Shown: positions 1 through 14,313, counted from the stretch's first letter. The stretch is DNA of 64,000 nucleotides from Octopus vulgaris (GCA_951406725.2 OX597823.1:42904001-42968000), one strand, 5' to 3'. Notes: generated by a model not told the origin, from the sequence alone. Numbers and translations: made by a program.

Positions 1-299
1 TCTGCCTCACTCAGATATATATCGGTATTTGATTAAACATGTCTATGAAAAGGTTTTCTTGTTCAGACAAAAACCCCAGAATTATGCCTTTCAATGATGA
101 ATACACGTTAGTTATCATAGATAGACGGCTATTTCAAATTAATTCCGTTTTAATTGCGCACCTGAAGTTTCATTCAGCCTTGCAAAATTTCCACAATGTC
201 TATGAATGTATTATACCCCGTTCGCTATATATATATATATATATATAATTATATATTCGTTAGGCATGGTATAGAGATGGCAATTTTGAATGTCTTCAA

Positions 300-1130
300 A
301 GTGAGACAATGGTAAAACCAAATTTGGAAAATAAACATTATTCACCGTGATGACAGTAATTTTCACAATTGATAGACTTACAATTAAATATTAAGTTGCA
401 AGTGTATTACAACTTGCAAGTGTATTACAGCCCTGAATATAGTTTATATAATCATTTAACCACATGGATTATCAATAATTCTAATGGAAGATTGTGACAA
501 GAGCAATTCATTAGAGGTATTCTTTCTAAGATGCGGCATGAAACAATTGAAGTTTCAGTGTAAAAACATTCTAATGTAAAATCCAAATCGGGCTATCAAT
601 TATTCGAACAAATTTTAAATGGAATTTCTTTTTGTCAATTAACGGAATTTACAGCCTCAAGTCTCTTATGTAATGGACTATCAGACTAAATCACCAATAT
701 ATGATTTTCCACTATATAAATGTCTCATATATTTAACGAGTATGCAAAGGAGTCTTCTGTTTAAATGGAATGGATAGCAACTCTGTTAGATCGCACTTTT
801 TATCTCGTATATTTGAAACGTAAATTTTAAGCACCCAGTTTTTCAATCGTGGCCATGACCATTATGTAAGTGGAATATATCGTGCACTGGAATATGTTTG
901 ACAACTTGAATGTTTTGAAAGTAAGCAAAAACTAAATGTTTCTCCACTTTAGTATAAAAAAATATTGACCAGCGGAGTCTATGTTTTAAGCTTCTCAATT
1001 ACACTAAAATCATAATCACTCCTGAGGCTGCTCTATGGCTTTCTATCATTACATCTATGCAGCATTTAGCTGTGGTATTATTTCCTTTATTTTACCAAAC
1101 CATCTCCGACAACGAAGTGGAATAGTTTTT
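300..1130 (-). mobile_element. Highly decayed Penelope-like reverse transcriptase relic (tentative)
   Basis: Broken minus-strand translation gives IDVMIESHRAAS / LVNIFYTK / PDLDFTL. These loosely follow the order of the PLE motifs FDVTMGSYDGAE / LVGLFIL / FLDVT. Many stops. Confidence 0.3.
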
Positions 1131-1317
1131 GTTTCTGTATTTAGATGAATTTATATGGTTTATGGTTCAGAGTTTTGAGAACATCAAATCATAAGTGACT
1201 TCGAAGGTTACATACTCTTCTTGCTTTTACCAGTCTTCTAGCTCGTCGTTTCCTGCAAAACCGTCCAACCCATGCCAGTTTGTAAAATTGATGTTAAACG
1301 ATGACAATGATTATATA

Positions 1318-1360
<43 letters not shown>

Positions 1361-2040
1361 CGAACGCGTTTCTTATTGAAATCCGGTATTGAAAGTTTTG
1401 TGCTTAGTAGTACGAATTTTAAAGATGTAAGTAAATATCTCATCTCTGCTATACAAATTTGTTCTTCGAATGTGCTTTCAGTTTTTTTATATATATATAT
1501 ACCTTATAAGTTTTACAATTTTACAGGAAACATTACCAACACGCTTTCACTTCATTTTTTTTAGGTTTTTAAAATGTACCTTTCTTTTACATTTTTCGCT
1601 TCACTTTTTCATTTCCTTTTAAAGATAAACTTTGGTTGTATTACTGTAGTATTGCGCGATATTTCCAAGTCATTTTTTCCCTATGAGCTTTGAACTTAAC
1701 TTGTTCGACTCCAAGTGTCTAAAAGTATAATCATTTTAACAATTTATCTTTGTATTTCTTTTTTCCTATGACGAACCTTTTCTTAGTTTCATTTTAATTT
1801 GTTCGGATTTTTATCTCTCACGTGGTTTTACAGTGAGTATAAATAAAATTTCTGTAGTTCCAGTAGTAGTTTTAATGTTTCTTGTTCTTGTTTTAAATTT
1901 TATTCACTTTAAATTTAGTTCACTCGTATCGTTCTTTTTCCTTTCGATTTTTTTCTTCGTCTTTTGTATTTCTGCTGCCGAAACCAAGTCTGATCGTTAA
2001 TTATTCATTATAGTTGCTATCATGATTTAGAATTGTTCTG

Positions 2041-2186
2041 CACAGGCGTAACTATGTGGTTGAGAAAATCGTGGTTTTAAGTTCAGTCTCACAGTGCAAC
2101 ACTTTCAAGTGTCTTGTCCTATAACCCTCAGGCCGACTAATAGCTTATAAGTGAATTTTTAAATGGAAACTCTAAAGAAGTTCGTC

Positions 2187-2190
<4 letters not shown>
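2041..2190 (+). mobile_element. SINE family A, decayed 5' half
   Basis: gttcagtctcacagtg...caagtgtcttg...ggccgac...gaaactctaaagaagttcgtcgt matches the 5' half of the intact copy at 41869-42280. Confidence 0.65.
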
Positions 2191-2221
<31 letters not shown>

Positions 2222-2224
<3 letters not shown>

Positions 2225-2582
2225 CTTTTACTTGTTTCAGTCATTTGGTTACAGTTATGCTGGAGAACCGCCTTAAAAGACCTACTCTGTGTAAGCCGAG
2301 TACTTATTCTATCGGTCTCTTTTGCCGAACCGTTAAGTTAGGGGACGCAAACATGCAAAGGTTGTCAAGCGATGGGGTGGGAGACAAACACAAACACAAA
2401 GACACACACACATGAATATATACATATATAAGATGAGTTTCTTTCAGCTTCCATCTACCAAATCCACTTTCAAGGCTTTGGTCGGACCGGGGCTATAATA
2501 GAAGACATTTGCCCAAGTGGGACTGAACCCAGAATCATGTGGGTGAGAAGAAAGCTTCTTACAACGCAGCCACGTCTGCTCT
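2222..2582 (-). mobile_element. SINE family A, near full length
   Basis: cttgtttcagtcatttg...tacttattctatcggtctcttttgccgaac...tctaccaaatccac...gggactgaaccc is collinear with the 41869-42280 copy. Confidence 0.85.
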
Positions 2583-2774
2583 AATACACAAACACACAGA
2601 CACACACACACAACACACACATATATATTGGCAAAAAAAGTTCATTTTCCATGTTTTTGTATGTCATGTCCTCCTTTTTTCATATTGTTAATTTTTTTAT
2701 TGACGTTCTGTACTCATGTATGCATGTGTATATAGATAGATATATATAAGCATGTGCATGTACATATGTATATA

Positions 2775-2817
<43 letters not shown>

Positions 2818-2882
2818 TATATTATTATATGATCGAACACCAGGCATCCATTTCCAAGTAAGTTTTATATATACATACATAC

Positions 2883-2934
<52 letters not shown>

Positions 2935-3290
2935 TCGAACTTCTCCATTGGATTCTTTATCAACTCTTTATCTATCTTTTACGGATTCTCGTTTGGATAT
3001 TTACCCTCCGGCTGCACCTCTCCTACATACGGATCACTATGGACTCAACTCTTGATGAGAAATACTTGCAATACACCAGGACATCAAAAGAAAACCTTTG
3101 AAAAAGAGTCGCCATGATAGATCGTTAGCCACTACACAAATTTTTTCCTCTCCTTGTTTTTTCTGTGTCCCTTTCTGTAGAAGAGCGTAGGCTCGAATCG
3201 TAAAAGACTTTTTCTATTCCTGAGCGATATTCTAATACATCTGTTTGTTTTGTACACCACCTGTCTTCGTCTTTTGTTTTTTTTCGTAAA

Positions 3291-3352
<62 letters not shown>

Positions 3353-3356
<4 letters not shown>

Positions 3357-4209
3357 GGGTACAGTACGTAAACTGTCATCTGAATTGCGCAAAAATGAAA
3401 ATAACACTGACATCATATTTTACCAGATATATTTACTAATATTACATAAAATTATCTTGAAATACTAAAGAGTAAATTTATTAAATAAAATCATTGGCTT
3501 CAACCTCAGCCGCCAGACGAATCACCTGCAACTCTTCTGGACGGTCACTTTATTAAGTTGGTGAATGCTGCCATAATCCTTGCCTTCAGTTCATTTATGA
3601 TGTTACAAGGAGTTTTGTTGGTCTCTTGCTCAACTGCGACGAACACATAATAATCAAGTGGGTTGCAGTCTCGGGAGTTAGGTGACCAGATGATAGGGGG
3701 GATGTGGTCACATAAATTGTTTGACAACCATGACTGGGTTTTCATGCTTTTGTGGCTTGACGCAGATTCCTGTTGCCAGACATAGTGTTTTCCAGCAGCC
3801 ACCCTCTTGACCCAGGGCAGGACTATCTCATTCAGGAACTTGATGTAGGCTACCGTCTTTAGTCTTAGGCCGTGTAGTGATCACTCCAAACACCATGATG
3901 TTGACTGGATGGTTGATCTTTATCACTCTTGCTACATGTTCTCAGATTGCGCTGTTCTCAAATTGCGCTGTCCTCAGATTGACATCCAAACACTCTGAAA
4001 TGTCCGTATTGGTGCTATCAGCGCGAATACCAAACAGTACAGCATGTCATTTTTCTGGCAGAATAAATTGCATCATGGTGCTGTGTTTCTCACAGACGGC
4101 GCCCCATTGACCCTACTATGCTCTGTAGTCGACAAAATCCAAAATAAACAATGCGCATGCGATAAATTAAAAATATAAAATGGCGACAATTTACCCATCG
4201 TTCAATGTA
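3353..4209 (-). mobile_element. Tc1/mariner-superfamily DD37D (maT-type) transposon relic, internally deleted
   Basis: ORF 3545-3802 reads YVWQQ(E)SASSH...WSPNSRDCNPLDYYV, with 37 residues between the second (D>E) and third catalytic positions. An HTH-like N-terminus lies near 3980-4075. Degenerate TIRs (gtaaactgtc / gacaatttac). Confidence 0.8.
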
Positions 4210-4212
4210 TGT

Positions 4213-4254
<42 letters not shown>

Positions 4255-4359
4255 CTGCTTGTGCTTGTCTCTAAAACTGCTTGACAACTGATGTTAGTTT
4301 ACGTACCGGTAACATAGAGGCTGGGCAAAGGGTCCATGGTAATAAATACTAGATAGTGT

Positions 4360-4546
4360 TTTTCCTGTTTCAGTAATTTGCATGCGGTCACGTCCGTGAT
4401 GGTTTCATTCTAAAAAAAATCGTCTCTAGTACATATATCTAAAATCTGTAATTATTCTATCGGTCTGCTTTGCCGAATTGCTACGTAACGGTTATTAAGC
4501 AGTGTGGGGTATAAGCACAATCACAAATCGCACGCACATGTACACA

Positions 4547-4587
<41 letters not shown>

Positions 4588-4595
4588 GCACACAC

Positions 4596-4661
<66 letters not shown>

Positions 4662-4780
4662 GCGCTCATGTGCGTGTGTATATACGGCTGTCTTCCATAC
4701 AGTTTCCATCAAAAAATACCCTGAACTTGGCAACAAGGTGTTGTGGCAAAGTGAGCCTCTTAACCACAGAGCTATGCATG
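4360..4780 (-). mobile_element. SINE family A, decayed, with expanded (CA)n
   Basis: tgtttcagtaatttg, ttattctatcggtctgctttgccgaa and cttaaccacaga blocks in family order. Confidence 0.6.
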
Positions 4781-4978
4781 TACCTATTTACACTTCATAA
4801 TATAAATTTCTTGTCGTCAGCAATAACAGAAATATATTTAAGGCTGTAAACAATGATGTAATGGTATTTATGTTTATCTCATGTTTTGCGCAGTGACAAA
4901 GGGAGTGGAACGCATAAACAGATATATATACAGTTTTGCTATGATATGCAATAGTACCTTCTATTCTATAGAATTCTG

Positions 4979-5045
<67 letters not shown>

Positions 5046-5090
5046 ATATTTTAACTATTTGATACAATCATACTTTTATCTTTATCTGAC

Positions 5091-5180
<90 letters not shown>

Positions 5181-5253
5181 TGTCTGTCTGTTTGTCTGTA
5201 TGTGCATTTCTATCTCTCATTCTCTTTCCCACCACTCTTTCCGTATATGCAAG

Positions 5254-5299
<46 letters not shown>

Positions 5300-6088
5300 G
5301 CTGTCTATCTATCTATTTATCTATCAATATATCGCTCTTTCTCCGCTCTGTCTGTATAATAACTGTATAGTGATATTTATGTTTATCCTATGGTTATCGC
5401 TGTGTTACATATAGCCAGATATCTTGATTCTCTTATGATTCGTAAATTCTAGTCTCAAGAATTCTTAATATAAGTCGTAATTATTTGTTATACTCATATA
5501 TGTCGTAATTATTTGGTATACTCATAACTTTAGTTACAATTTTAAAATTTCAAAAAATAGCCTTGTTTTAGTTTTAGCTCGGCAAAAGATCGATCAAGAT
5601 TCCAAATACACGACGTCCACGTCATCTTTCTTTCATACTGACTTTGAGCAGATATGCGTGAAGAAATGTATGGAAGCGTAAAAGTCGCGAGCAATCGTGT
5701 GTTTAATAGAACAAAGAATTATTGCAAAACAACAATGAACGCTATAAATTTTCTATGGCGTCATGTTGTCTATTTAATATATACTAACCGTTCTATGAAA
5801 ATACAGTATAAATTTTAATCAGCACCCACAATTACAATACCGTGCTATGTTAAGCCTCCTCCACCACCGCGCACATAACACTAATAAGAGGCAAATAAGC
5901 TGTATACATCTAAATCATAATTTCTGTTGTTACATAGGATTCTAAATAATTATAAACGGAATGTACTTTCCAGTTACTATACTCATGTTTACAAATATTA
6001 GTGGTATGTGTTTGTAGGTGTGTAGGTATGCATGAATATACGTATGTATATATATGTTTATATATATATGTTTATATATATATATGTT

Positions 6089-6125
<37 letters not shown>

Positions 6126-9100
6126 TTCCATATATATGCATATATATATGTCCGAATATATATATTACGTGTGTGTATATATATACACACACAGAAAGAG
6201 GTGAGAGAAAGACGAAGAAAAAAGAGAGATGCATTTGTATGTATACATGTATAATGTATGTATACTCGCACATACAGAATTTTGTTTATAAATATTACCA
6301 AGTTCTTATTAAATGTTCATATCTAATTCGAGAATGATAAATCGTTTCTAATTTATTAAAATCAACATATCTTTTTACACTCCTAACACGTTCGAATTGT
6401 ATTAAATTTTTTTTCAAATTAGAATGTGACAATGAATGATGATGACATTTCGTAATATTTCTTTTTTTCCTTTCACACTCAGGTTCATATATCTATGCTT
6501 CTTTTCAATATGTCACTCCCTGATTCAATTACAAAATATTTCAATGAGAGTATGTATCGATATCCTTTTCTGAGGAATTTCTATATCTCACTATACTCTA
6601 TCTGAGCCCTTTTGTTTATGACCTGAATGAGATCAGAGGATAATTATCTCTCCTTCTCATACAATGAAAGTCTTTTACTGATTACGCATATCAGCTAAAG
6701 TAATTTTCAAGAGATCTCCAAGCGAACCTGAAATTCAAAGAACTGACGCAATATGCAGTCGTCATAACAGTAACCCTACCTAATCTAAATCTAATTCAAA
6801 TCGGAGCAAAATAAACTGGGGTGTCAACAGCTCGGTTTCTTTACCACAGACTCAACTCGTTTGGTGAATTTATGAAGTCAACGTGATGAAAATAATCTGT
6901 CTGTAACGATTATATATTTACCGTTCGTACTAACACCTCCCTAATATCATCTTCCGTTCAAGTTTGAGTTTGAGAATGTTTTTTAATCAAAAATTTCTAC
7001 TTGAATTTCTTTTTCTGCTTTTCCGGCGATACGAGCATTATAATTCAGAATACAACCCGTTTATAGGTAGATGTAACGTAAATGCATCCAATAAAAGGTG
7101 ACATTTGATACCACATTTATCAAGTTTTCGATATTTGGCAATTGAACCTGACGAATAGTATCAACTCTTTCATACTTTATATATTAGACCTGTATAATTT
7201 ACATTATCTGGTTAAGTCTTGATAAAGTGACTTTCATATTTAATATGGGAGAATACTGCAGAGTCCTTACTCTGCACTATTCTCAATGTCACTTTGGGTT
7301 TAAATCATCTGAGCTGCAGATTTCAAATGTCATTTCTTATCCGTATAAGAACGATCGCCTTTGATTGTAATTGTGCATATTTATGATTGACCCGAAGTTG
7401 AAAAACATCATTACACAAACATTTGTTGTACGAATTGCAACTACTATTGTCTATTACAATACTGCTACCACTGCTACAGCTGCTGCTGCTACTGCTAATC
7501 CTTCTGTTATTACTGTAGTTGTCATTGTGATAAATGTTGTTCCTGTTTCTGGAATTGTTGTAATTTTACATTTCTTGATACTTATGTTTTAGCTTTCAAC
7601 AACAATCCAACAATTAATCAAATATATCGGCATGCTAAGCAACATCTTACTCGTCTATTCTTATTGTTATTTCAAGTTATTGATCCCTATTCGTTTCACT
7701 GAAAATATAGGCACAGCCATCTTTTGTGTCTCTTTGGCTGCCACTTATTTTGTTAAATCGAAAAGGAAAAGGAAGACTCAAGACTGCAACTTCCTTATAT
7801 TTCTAACGTTCTCGGCCATGCTTCTTGTATATAATTCTATATGTGGTTTCTCTTTCTATAGTTAGAACGTAAAACGTCACATTGGAACTCCTGGATTGAC
7901 AATAAGAATAATCAAACCACTGCCAACAACAGTAACTGCAACAGCAAAAGCAAGACCAACATCGTCATTATCACCAAGCACTACAAAAAGACTAAGGGAA
8001 GTGGTAACAACGACAGCACTAGCTGCAACAATATCAACAACAAAAACAAGTTATGATTAAGAAGAAATATTTATAATTATATAAATTTCATGATTATACA
8101 TGAAACATTTATGCAAAGGAAATAAAATTAATATTTCGCATGGGAACAGTTCAAAGCGCATGCAGAAGATAATAATAATAAAAATAGTGATATTAGTGAG
8201 ACTTGTACGCATTTTAATGAGAGATTAATGTTGGTAATTCTATTAAGAATATCGAGGATGTTCTCATTACAATACGATTATAATATTGTAAATATGCAGG
8301 AAATAGAGAGGGGGAGTTACTGATCGAGCTGATATGATACAGATGGTTATCCATTGAAGAATAACTCTGGTAAAAAAAAAATTAAACTGCTGATTGTGTT
8401 TGTCACATATTCATATTATAAATGGGATATTATAGAACAACCTAGAGTAGGAATTTAGATAGGCGAAGCGATAATAGATATATACTTTTGTGCGTTTCTC
8501 TATGGCTTTGTATCATTTGTGTGAATATAGGAATGAGTGAGAAAGAGAGAATAGGAGAGCGAGAGAGTGTGTATGTGTATGTGTGTGAGTGTGTGTGCGT
8601 GTTTTATAGAACGAGAAGTTTCCTGATTTCAAAAGTCAACGATTTCTATTACTATAATATTCTGTCTCTGGGCAAACAATCGAACAGTCAACCGGTGAAT
8701 GTGTTAGATAATAGGATATTAAGACAATATGACTCTACCCAGACACAATAGGATTTGCTTCAACATATGAGCTCATATAAAGAATCTTGCAAACCAAATA
8801 CAAAAGCGAAGTCAAACTCAGAATTTACTGATACGTAACTATCTCACGAAAACAGTTAACAAGTGTCAACTCAATAATTGTTGGGCACATAATAAGTGTG
8901 GTGAGTGATATTTCATTGGATTTTGGCATTCCGTATATATTGCAACATTCATAAACTCTGATGTGTTTTAGTGAATATAGAAGGGAGATTAACCACTGAA
9001 AAATACACAATAGTTTTCCGGGGTTCACATTATGTATAGTCTTACGAGACATCCATATCATGGAATGCCATGTAAGCTCTCTCAAACATACACACACACA

Positions 9101-9590
9101 TACATACACAGTAACACAGTGATGTGCATCTATATCAGATGATGGTCTTTTAAAGTGAAGACCACAATAATACAATGTTCTAACAATGCATCCAAGTTAT
9201 GTAGGATATAAAGTTTGCCATTCAGTATTGATACCGCTTCTACTGCGAATATTTATCTTTTACAGAGCCTGCTGGCTAGTTTCGACATCAGTGACTTCGG
9301 TCACTATTTTTCCATACATCGTTGCCAGTGGGATTAGGGTGTCATGCAGTGTGTGGACGCCTACAACCGATGGTGCGCATGTACGCTGAAATTGGGTGAA
9401 CTAGGAGTTCCGCCAAGCATTCTAAAGTATTCTCATCTGCTAATGGTATGTCTGTGCTTCTTAGCACTTTAATTCCCTATAAGAGACTGCTTGAAGACAA
9501 ATATCGAAGTAATACGTCGTTTTAACAAGAAATACACATTATGTAGGGTGTAAAAATTACCATTCGGAAATTAACACTTCTTTCTTCGCT

Positions 9591-9641
<51 letters not shown>

Positions 9642-9762
9642 ATATAATATAATATAATATAATATAATATAATATAATATAATATAATATAATATAATAT
9701 GATATATACATGTAAGTATGCAAGTATGTATGTATGTATACATTCATACATACATACACACA

Positions 9763-10125
9763 CACAGGGGTGGCTGTGCTAAGACGCTTGCTCCTAGCCA
9801 CACGATCCCGGGTTCAATCCCACTACGTTGCAACTTGGGTAAGTTTCTTCTACTGTAGCCACGGGCCGACCAAAGCCTTTTGAGCAGGTTTGGTAGACGG
9901 TAACTGAGAGGAGTCCGTCGTGTATATATATGTATGTGTTTGTGTCTATGTGTTTGTCCCCACGCCATCGCTTGACAACAGATGCTGGTGTATTTACGTC
10001 CCCGTAACTTAGCGGTTCGGCAAAATGGACTGATAGAATAAGAACTATGCTTATGAAGAATATGTCCTGCGGTAGATTAGTTCGACTAAAGGGTGTGCTC
10101 CAGCATAGCCGCAGAAAAACGAATA
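9763..10125 (+). mobile_element. SINE family A, full length
   Basis: A-box-like tggctgtgctaag, B-box ggttcaatccc, body gggccgaccaaagcc...ttagcggttcggcaaaa, and 3' gctccagcatagccgcag. Confidence 0.9.
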
Positions 10126-10632
10126 GAATATATATGTATATATAATCTCCCACAAAGCACTATTGAATGGAGGAGATATATTCGTGTCAAGTCATATTGA
10201 GCCCGTTCGCGTACAGTTGGGCGCGATAAAACCTTACACGGCAGAAAGATTCCCAGTGAAAACTATCCTTTTATCATGTGTAAAAAAATTGCAGAGCATA
10301 GGATGTCATAGGATCGTAGGAATTATGTGTTTCTAAGCTTTTTTGTTTTGTTTCGTCAGTTACGAATAAATTACTCACAGAACGAAAAGAACGTACACGC
10401 ATGTATTCATATATAAGAAGTGTATACGTGTGCATGTATAAATTGATATATGTATATATATTTACATCGTGACGTATATTTGCCATTTAAATATGGCTAA
10501 CCCCTAAGGGTGGATGCTACTGTAGTTTGTAGCCCCAGGAGGACACCTCCTCCAGCTGGCTATAGACACACTTTCTGTGCCCTGTCAGTATTTGCAAAGG
10601 GAAGCCATCCTTCCCGTCTCCAACTTATGATA

Positions 10633-10677
10633 CACACGGACTCGAGTATCTGGATATTGACCCGTCATCGGCGTGTG
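10633..10677 (-). ncRNA. Minimal type I hammerhead-like motif, copy 1 (GAAA mutated to GATA)
   Basis: Minus strand: cacacg CCGATGA cgggt-caat-atcca GATA ctcgag TC cgtgtg. Confidence 0.6.
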
Positions 10678-10981
10678 ACAATCACAGTTGTCGATGAAAA
10701 GTAGGTTCCCTTCACAAATACATATACTTTTTCCAGTATCGTAAAGATACTGATATCGAAAAAGTGTAAACAAGCAATAATAAATCTTAGAGCGAGTTAT
10801 AAACAGTAGCTGCAACACATCGTGACGTATATTTGCTATTTAAATATGGATAACCCCTAAGGGTGGATGCTACTGTAGTTTGTAGCCCCAGGAGGACACC
10901 TCCTCCAGCTATAGACACACTTTCTGTGCCCTATCAGTATTTGCAAAGGGAAGTCATCCTTCCTGTCTCCAACTTATGATA

Positions 10982-11026
10982 CACACGGACTCAAGTTTCT
11001 GGGTATTGACCCGTCATCGGCGTGTG
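10982..11026 (-). ncRNA. Minimal type I hammerhead-like motif, copy 2 (U4C core)
   Basis: Minus strand: cacacg CCGATGA cgggt-caat-accca GAAA cttgag TC cgtgtg. 6-bp stem I and GUC cleavage triplet. Confidence 0.7.
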
Positions 11027-11287
11027 ACAATCACAGTTGTCGATGAAAAGTATGTTCCATTTATTATATATATTTAATTTTACTTTATTATACTATTTCT
11101 TGCCCGGTTCCACAATAGTATATATATGAGCATGTATGCATAAATACATGCGTGTGTATTTTTGGATAGTCTCACATCTGTGTATAAATAGATTTGTAGA
11201 TATATAAAATTATACACAGTACATTGTATGGAGGTTAGATTTTCAACCCAACATGTATCGATATAAACGGTAAATATAGGAAGAATG

Positions 11288-14134
11288 TAGGGTGTGTCAA
11301 TTTGAGTAACGTACTAAAAATCTAATTTGGTAGTGAAATTATTGTGACTTTTTACTCCCAAACTTGAGACATGTATACCAAAATGGATTAAAATAACTCT
11401 AGCTTACATCAATTTTATCCTAAATTTTCAATACGGTGTAGTTTTGAAACAACTGAAAATTTATTTGAAACCTGATTAGACTCTTATGCTATCACGCTTA
11501 TATTATCTTTTAATTGGTTAAATGAATTAGTTAAATGAATGTTTACTCTTTTCAGGTATTCACAAGATGTCAAGAAGAAGACTAGAAGCTAGATGTCCCC
11601 CCACTTGAGCCTGTAAATCATGTACAAGGAAAGAGTTTCCTGTACCAGAGCTTCCAACAGTGAGAGACATTTTTAGACTTGGATTACTACTTCGGGAACA
11701 AAATTCCAAGGAGAGAAGGAAATATACAGATGAGGAACTCATACATGATATATAAGGAAAGGCCTTGTCAGAGAGAGAGAAGAAAAGAAGAGAATGAAGA
11801 GCGCCAGTGGACAAAAGCTAATGCACAATTCGGACCGCCAGTGATCATACAGTGACGAACAATTGAACAAAAACTAATGGGATTGTAGCAGAAATCAGTA
11901 TACACAACACTTGGTGAAGGAAACTTGGTTATAAAAAATGCTTTTCTACACTCACTTGATGCACTGTTCAATATTTTGAGCTGCAAGTGTTCCATAGTTT
12001 TGTGTTCAAAAGAGGATTGTTCTTCCACTGGTAAGAGAGGAAATCATTCCCGCATTGACTGTTGTTGCCCTCTTGAAAAGAAGATACCTTTTCTAGAGCT
12101 AGATTTCATAAGCTCAGCGAGTACAAAGGCAGGAGGCCAAGGCAGTATGCAAATGGGCTCAACTGATTATAAAGAAAGTAAGAGACAGATTTCTACTGAG
12201 AAAAGGAAAGGCATTGTCAGAGAGAAGGAAGAAAAGAAGAGTATGGAGAGTGAAGTCACGCAAAGAGAAGAACAGCACTGCCATGATGTTTATCAGTTGT
12301 TTGACAGTTCTTCTGAAGAAAATGACGTAACGTCAGATGAAAATTCTAAAGAATCTTCTGAAGCCATACCAAACAGAGGAAAATACAATAGAAGAAACTT
12401 TGCATTAGCTAGTATTCGTCACCACACTGGACTCCGTCAGGCTGCTGAAATTGCAAATGCCCATTGGATAGATGCAAGCCTCATCAGTCAAGTGGATTCA
12501 TCCTTGGTAATAGATCATAATAAACTCGGAATGAAAATAATGAGTGAGATATCTGATCAGCAAGAAAAAGAATTAAAAGGAGGGCTTTCCTGTCTTTTGT
12601 TCGATGGAAGAATAGATGAAGCCAAAGTTACGGTTGAAATAGATGGAATTTCTAAAACATTTCCAGGTCTAAATAGAGAAGAACATTATACTATCTGCTC
12701 TGAGCTTGGTGGTCAGTTTTTGTTTCATTTTACACTTGAAGTTGACGTGGAAGGAACATCATATTCAGAGGTAATTGTTGATAACATCTTATGCTGGCTT
12801 CAAGAAAGAGGGCTTGAAAATTCAGTGCAGGATATTGGTGGGGATTCAATAGCAGTGAATATTGGCTAGAAGGGAGGAGTAATGAGTTATTTAGAGAAAT
12901 AACTTCAAAGAAGACATATTTGGATTATATGTGATTTACATACAGGTGAGCTACCTCTTCGTCACCTCATCCAGGAAATTGATTGTCCAACAAAAAGCCA
13001 TTATAAGTGGTCAGATCCTCTTGGTAACATGTTGGATGAAGTAACTCAACTGGAATTTTCCAAAGATTGAAGTAGGCCCTCCCATTCTAGTGTTACCAGA
13101 AGAAATTGTCTAAGACCTCAGAATAATATCGGTTTTATGCTTATGACATTGCTCAAGCAATAAGATCAGAGGAAGTACCTCAGCCATTGGCTCTCTTGGC
13201 TCACAGCCGTTGGCTAACTACAGCTCTGCGCGTCTGCGGGATTTGGATTTCCAGACACCAACTGAAGGGAAAGGCTCTGACGAATTTGAGATTAATTGTT
13301 AAATTTTTAGTTGGTGTTTATCGTCCCAACTGGTTCAATATTAAGCTCTATCAACAATGGGTTGATGGTCCCAATCACCTTTCTTTTCAATTGCAGTTGC
13401 TGGGAACACAATATAAGTTGGTGAAGGATATCGTGTTGCCTGTGGTAAGGAGGTCCGCATGATATGCTCGATCAGAAGCTGTGTTGCAAGCAATGCTTTT
13501 CCAGCCAATGTTCAAATCTTTGTACTGAGGTTATAGAAAGAATTAGCAGTGCCCTATTTGGAGATGACCATTTGGGAGACTGCTCATTTAATTGCCCAAT
13601 TAAATGTCAATGCCATCAAGCTGTCTGAGTTGGTTAATTTGATTTCTGAGGCCTTGGAACCACCACTGACAACATCCTTAACTAGTAAGAGTCTCAAAAG
13701 CTTTAAAGATACACCAATGATAGTACCAAAATGGCCATCACACATACAAAGTGTTGAGAGGTGTGTTAACATTCTCACTGAAGCTGCGAGTTATGCTTAT
13801 AGTTACGATAAGCGAGAGAGTTATATCTAGGCACAAGCAGTCAGCCGGCAGCTGATAAAAAGAAACAACAGCAAGAAGGATGTGAAGGCTTTGACTACTT
13901 TCAAATAGTATATTGAAATGTATTATAGTATATATAAAACTTGAAAAAGAGCGATGATGATGAAAACCAATTATGTTCAAAATTCTCAAAACATAAATTT
14001 AAAACTAATATTGATGTTGTGAAGAGTTATTCAAAATTGTTTTTCTTTCCAGAATTTTGTTTTATATGCTAAACGGCAACAATAAATTATTACCAAAATT
14101 GAAGATTATGAATTTTCCTATTTGACACAACCTA
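11288..14134 (+). mobile_element. hAT-superfamily DNA transposon (hATm-like), ~2.85 kb, dead transposase
   Basis: TIRs TAGGGTGTGTCAA...TTGACACAACCTA. Broken frames keep LFDGR, EEHY, IGGDSIAVNIG, ICDLHTGELPLRHL (CxxH), HSRWLT (RW) and HIQSVERCV (catalytic E). No matching 8-bp TSD seen. Confidence 0.8.
11568..13910 (+). pseudogene. hAT-type transposase pseudogene (ORFs 11925-12869, 13187-13462 and 13549-13830 are pieces)
   Basis: Collinear DDE/CxxH/RW motifs are interrupted by stops and frameshifts. A pyrimidine tract plus CAG acceptor lies just upstream (~11545-11555). Confidence 0.8.
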
Positions 14135-14273
14135 CCAATTAGTAAGAAGGATACATGTGCGTATAAATAAATAAATATGTGTGTATGTGTGAGTGTGTAT
14201 ATATATATACATACATACATACATACATACATACATACATTCATACATACATATATATACATATATATACATA

Positions 14274-14310
<37 letters not shown>

Positions 14311-14313
<3 letters not shown>

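Larger units (their letters stand above)
10464..11060 (-). mobile_element. Tandem ~350-bp repeat (about 1.7 units) with one hammerhead motif per unit; retrozyme- or Penelope pLTR-like
   Basis: acatcgtgacgtatatttgc... starts at 10464 and again at 10817 (period 353). About 240 bp are nearly identical and the element is flanked by TA-rich sequence. Confidence 0.8.

Noticed and set aside
10464-11060. Direct repeats as an LTR pair or TRIM
   Set aside because: No clear TG...CA termini, PBS/PPT or TSD; the hammerhead-per-unit layout fits a retrozyme or pLTR better. Not fully excluded.
11925-12869. 314-aa ORF as a host gene
   Set aside because: It is part of a stop-interrupted hAT transposase lying between TIRs.
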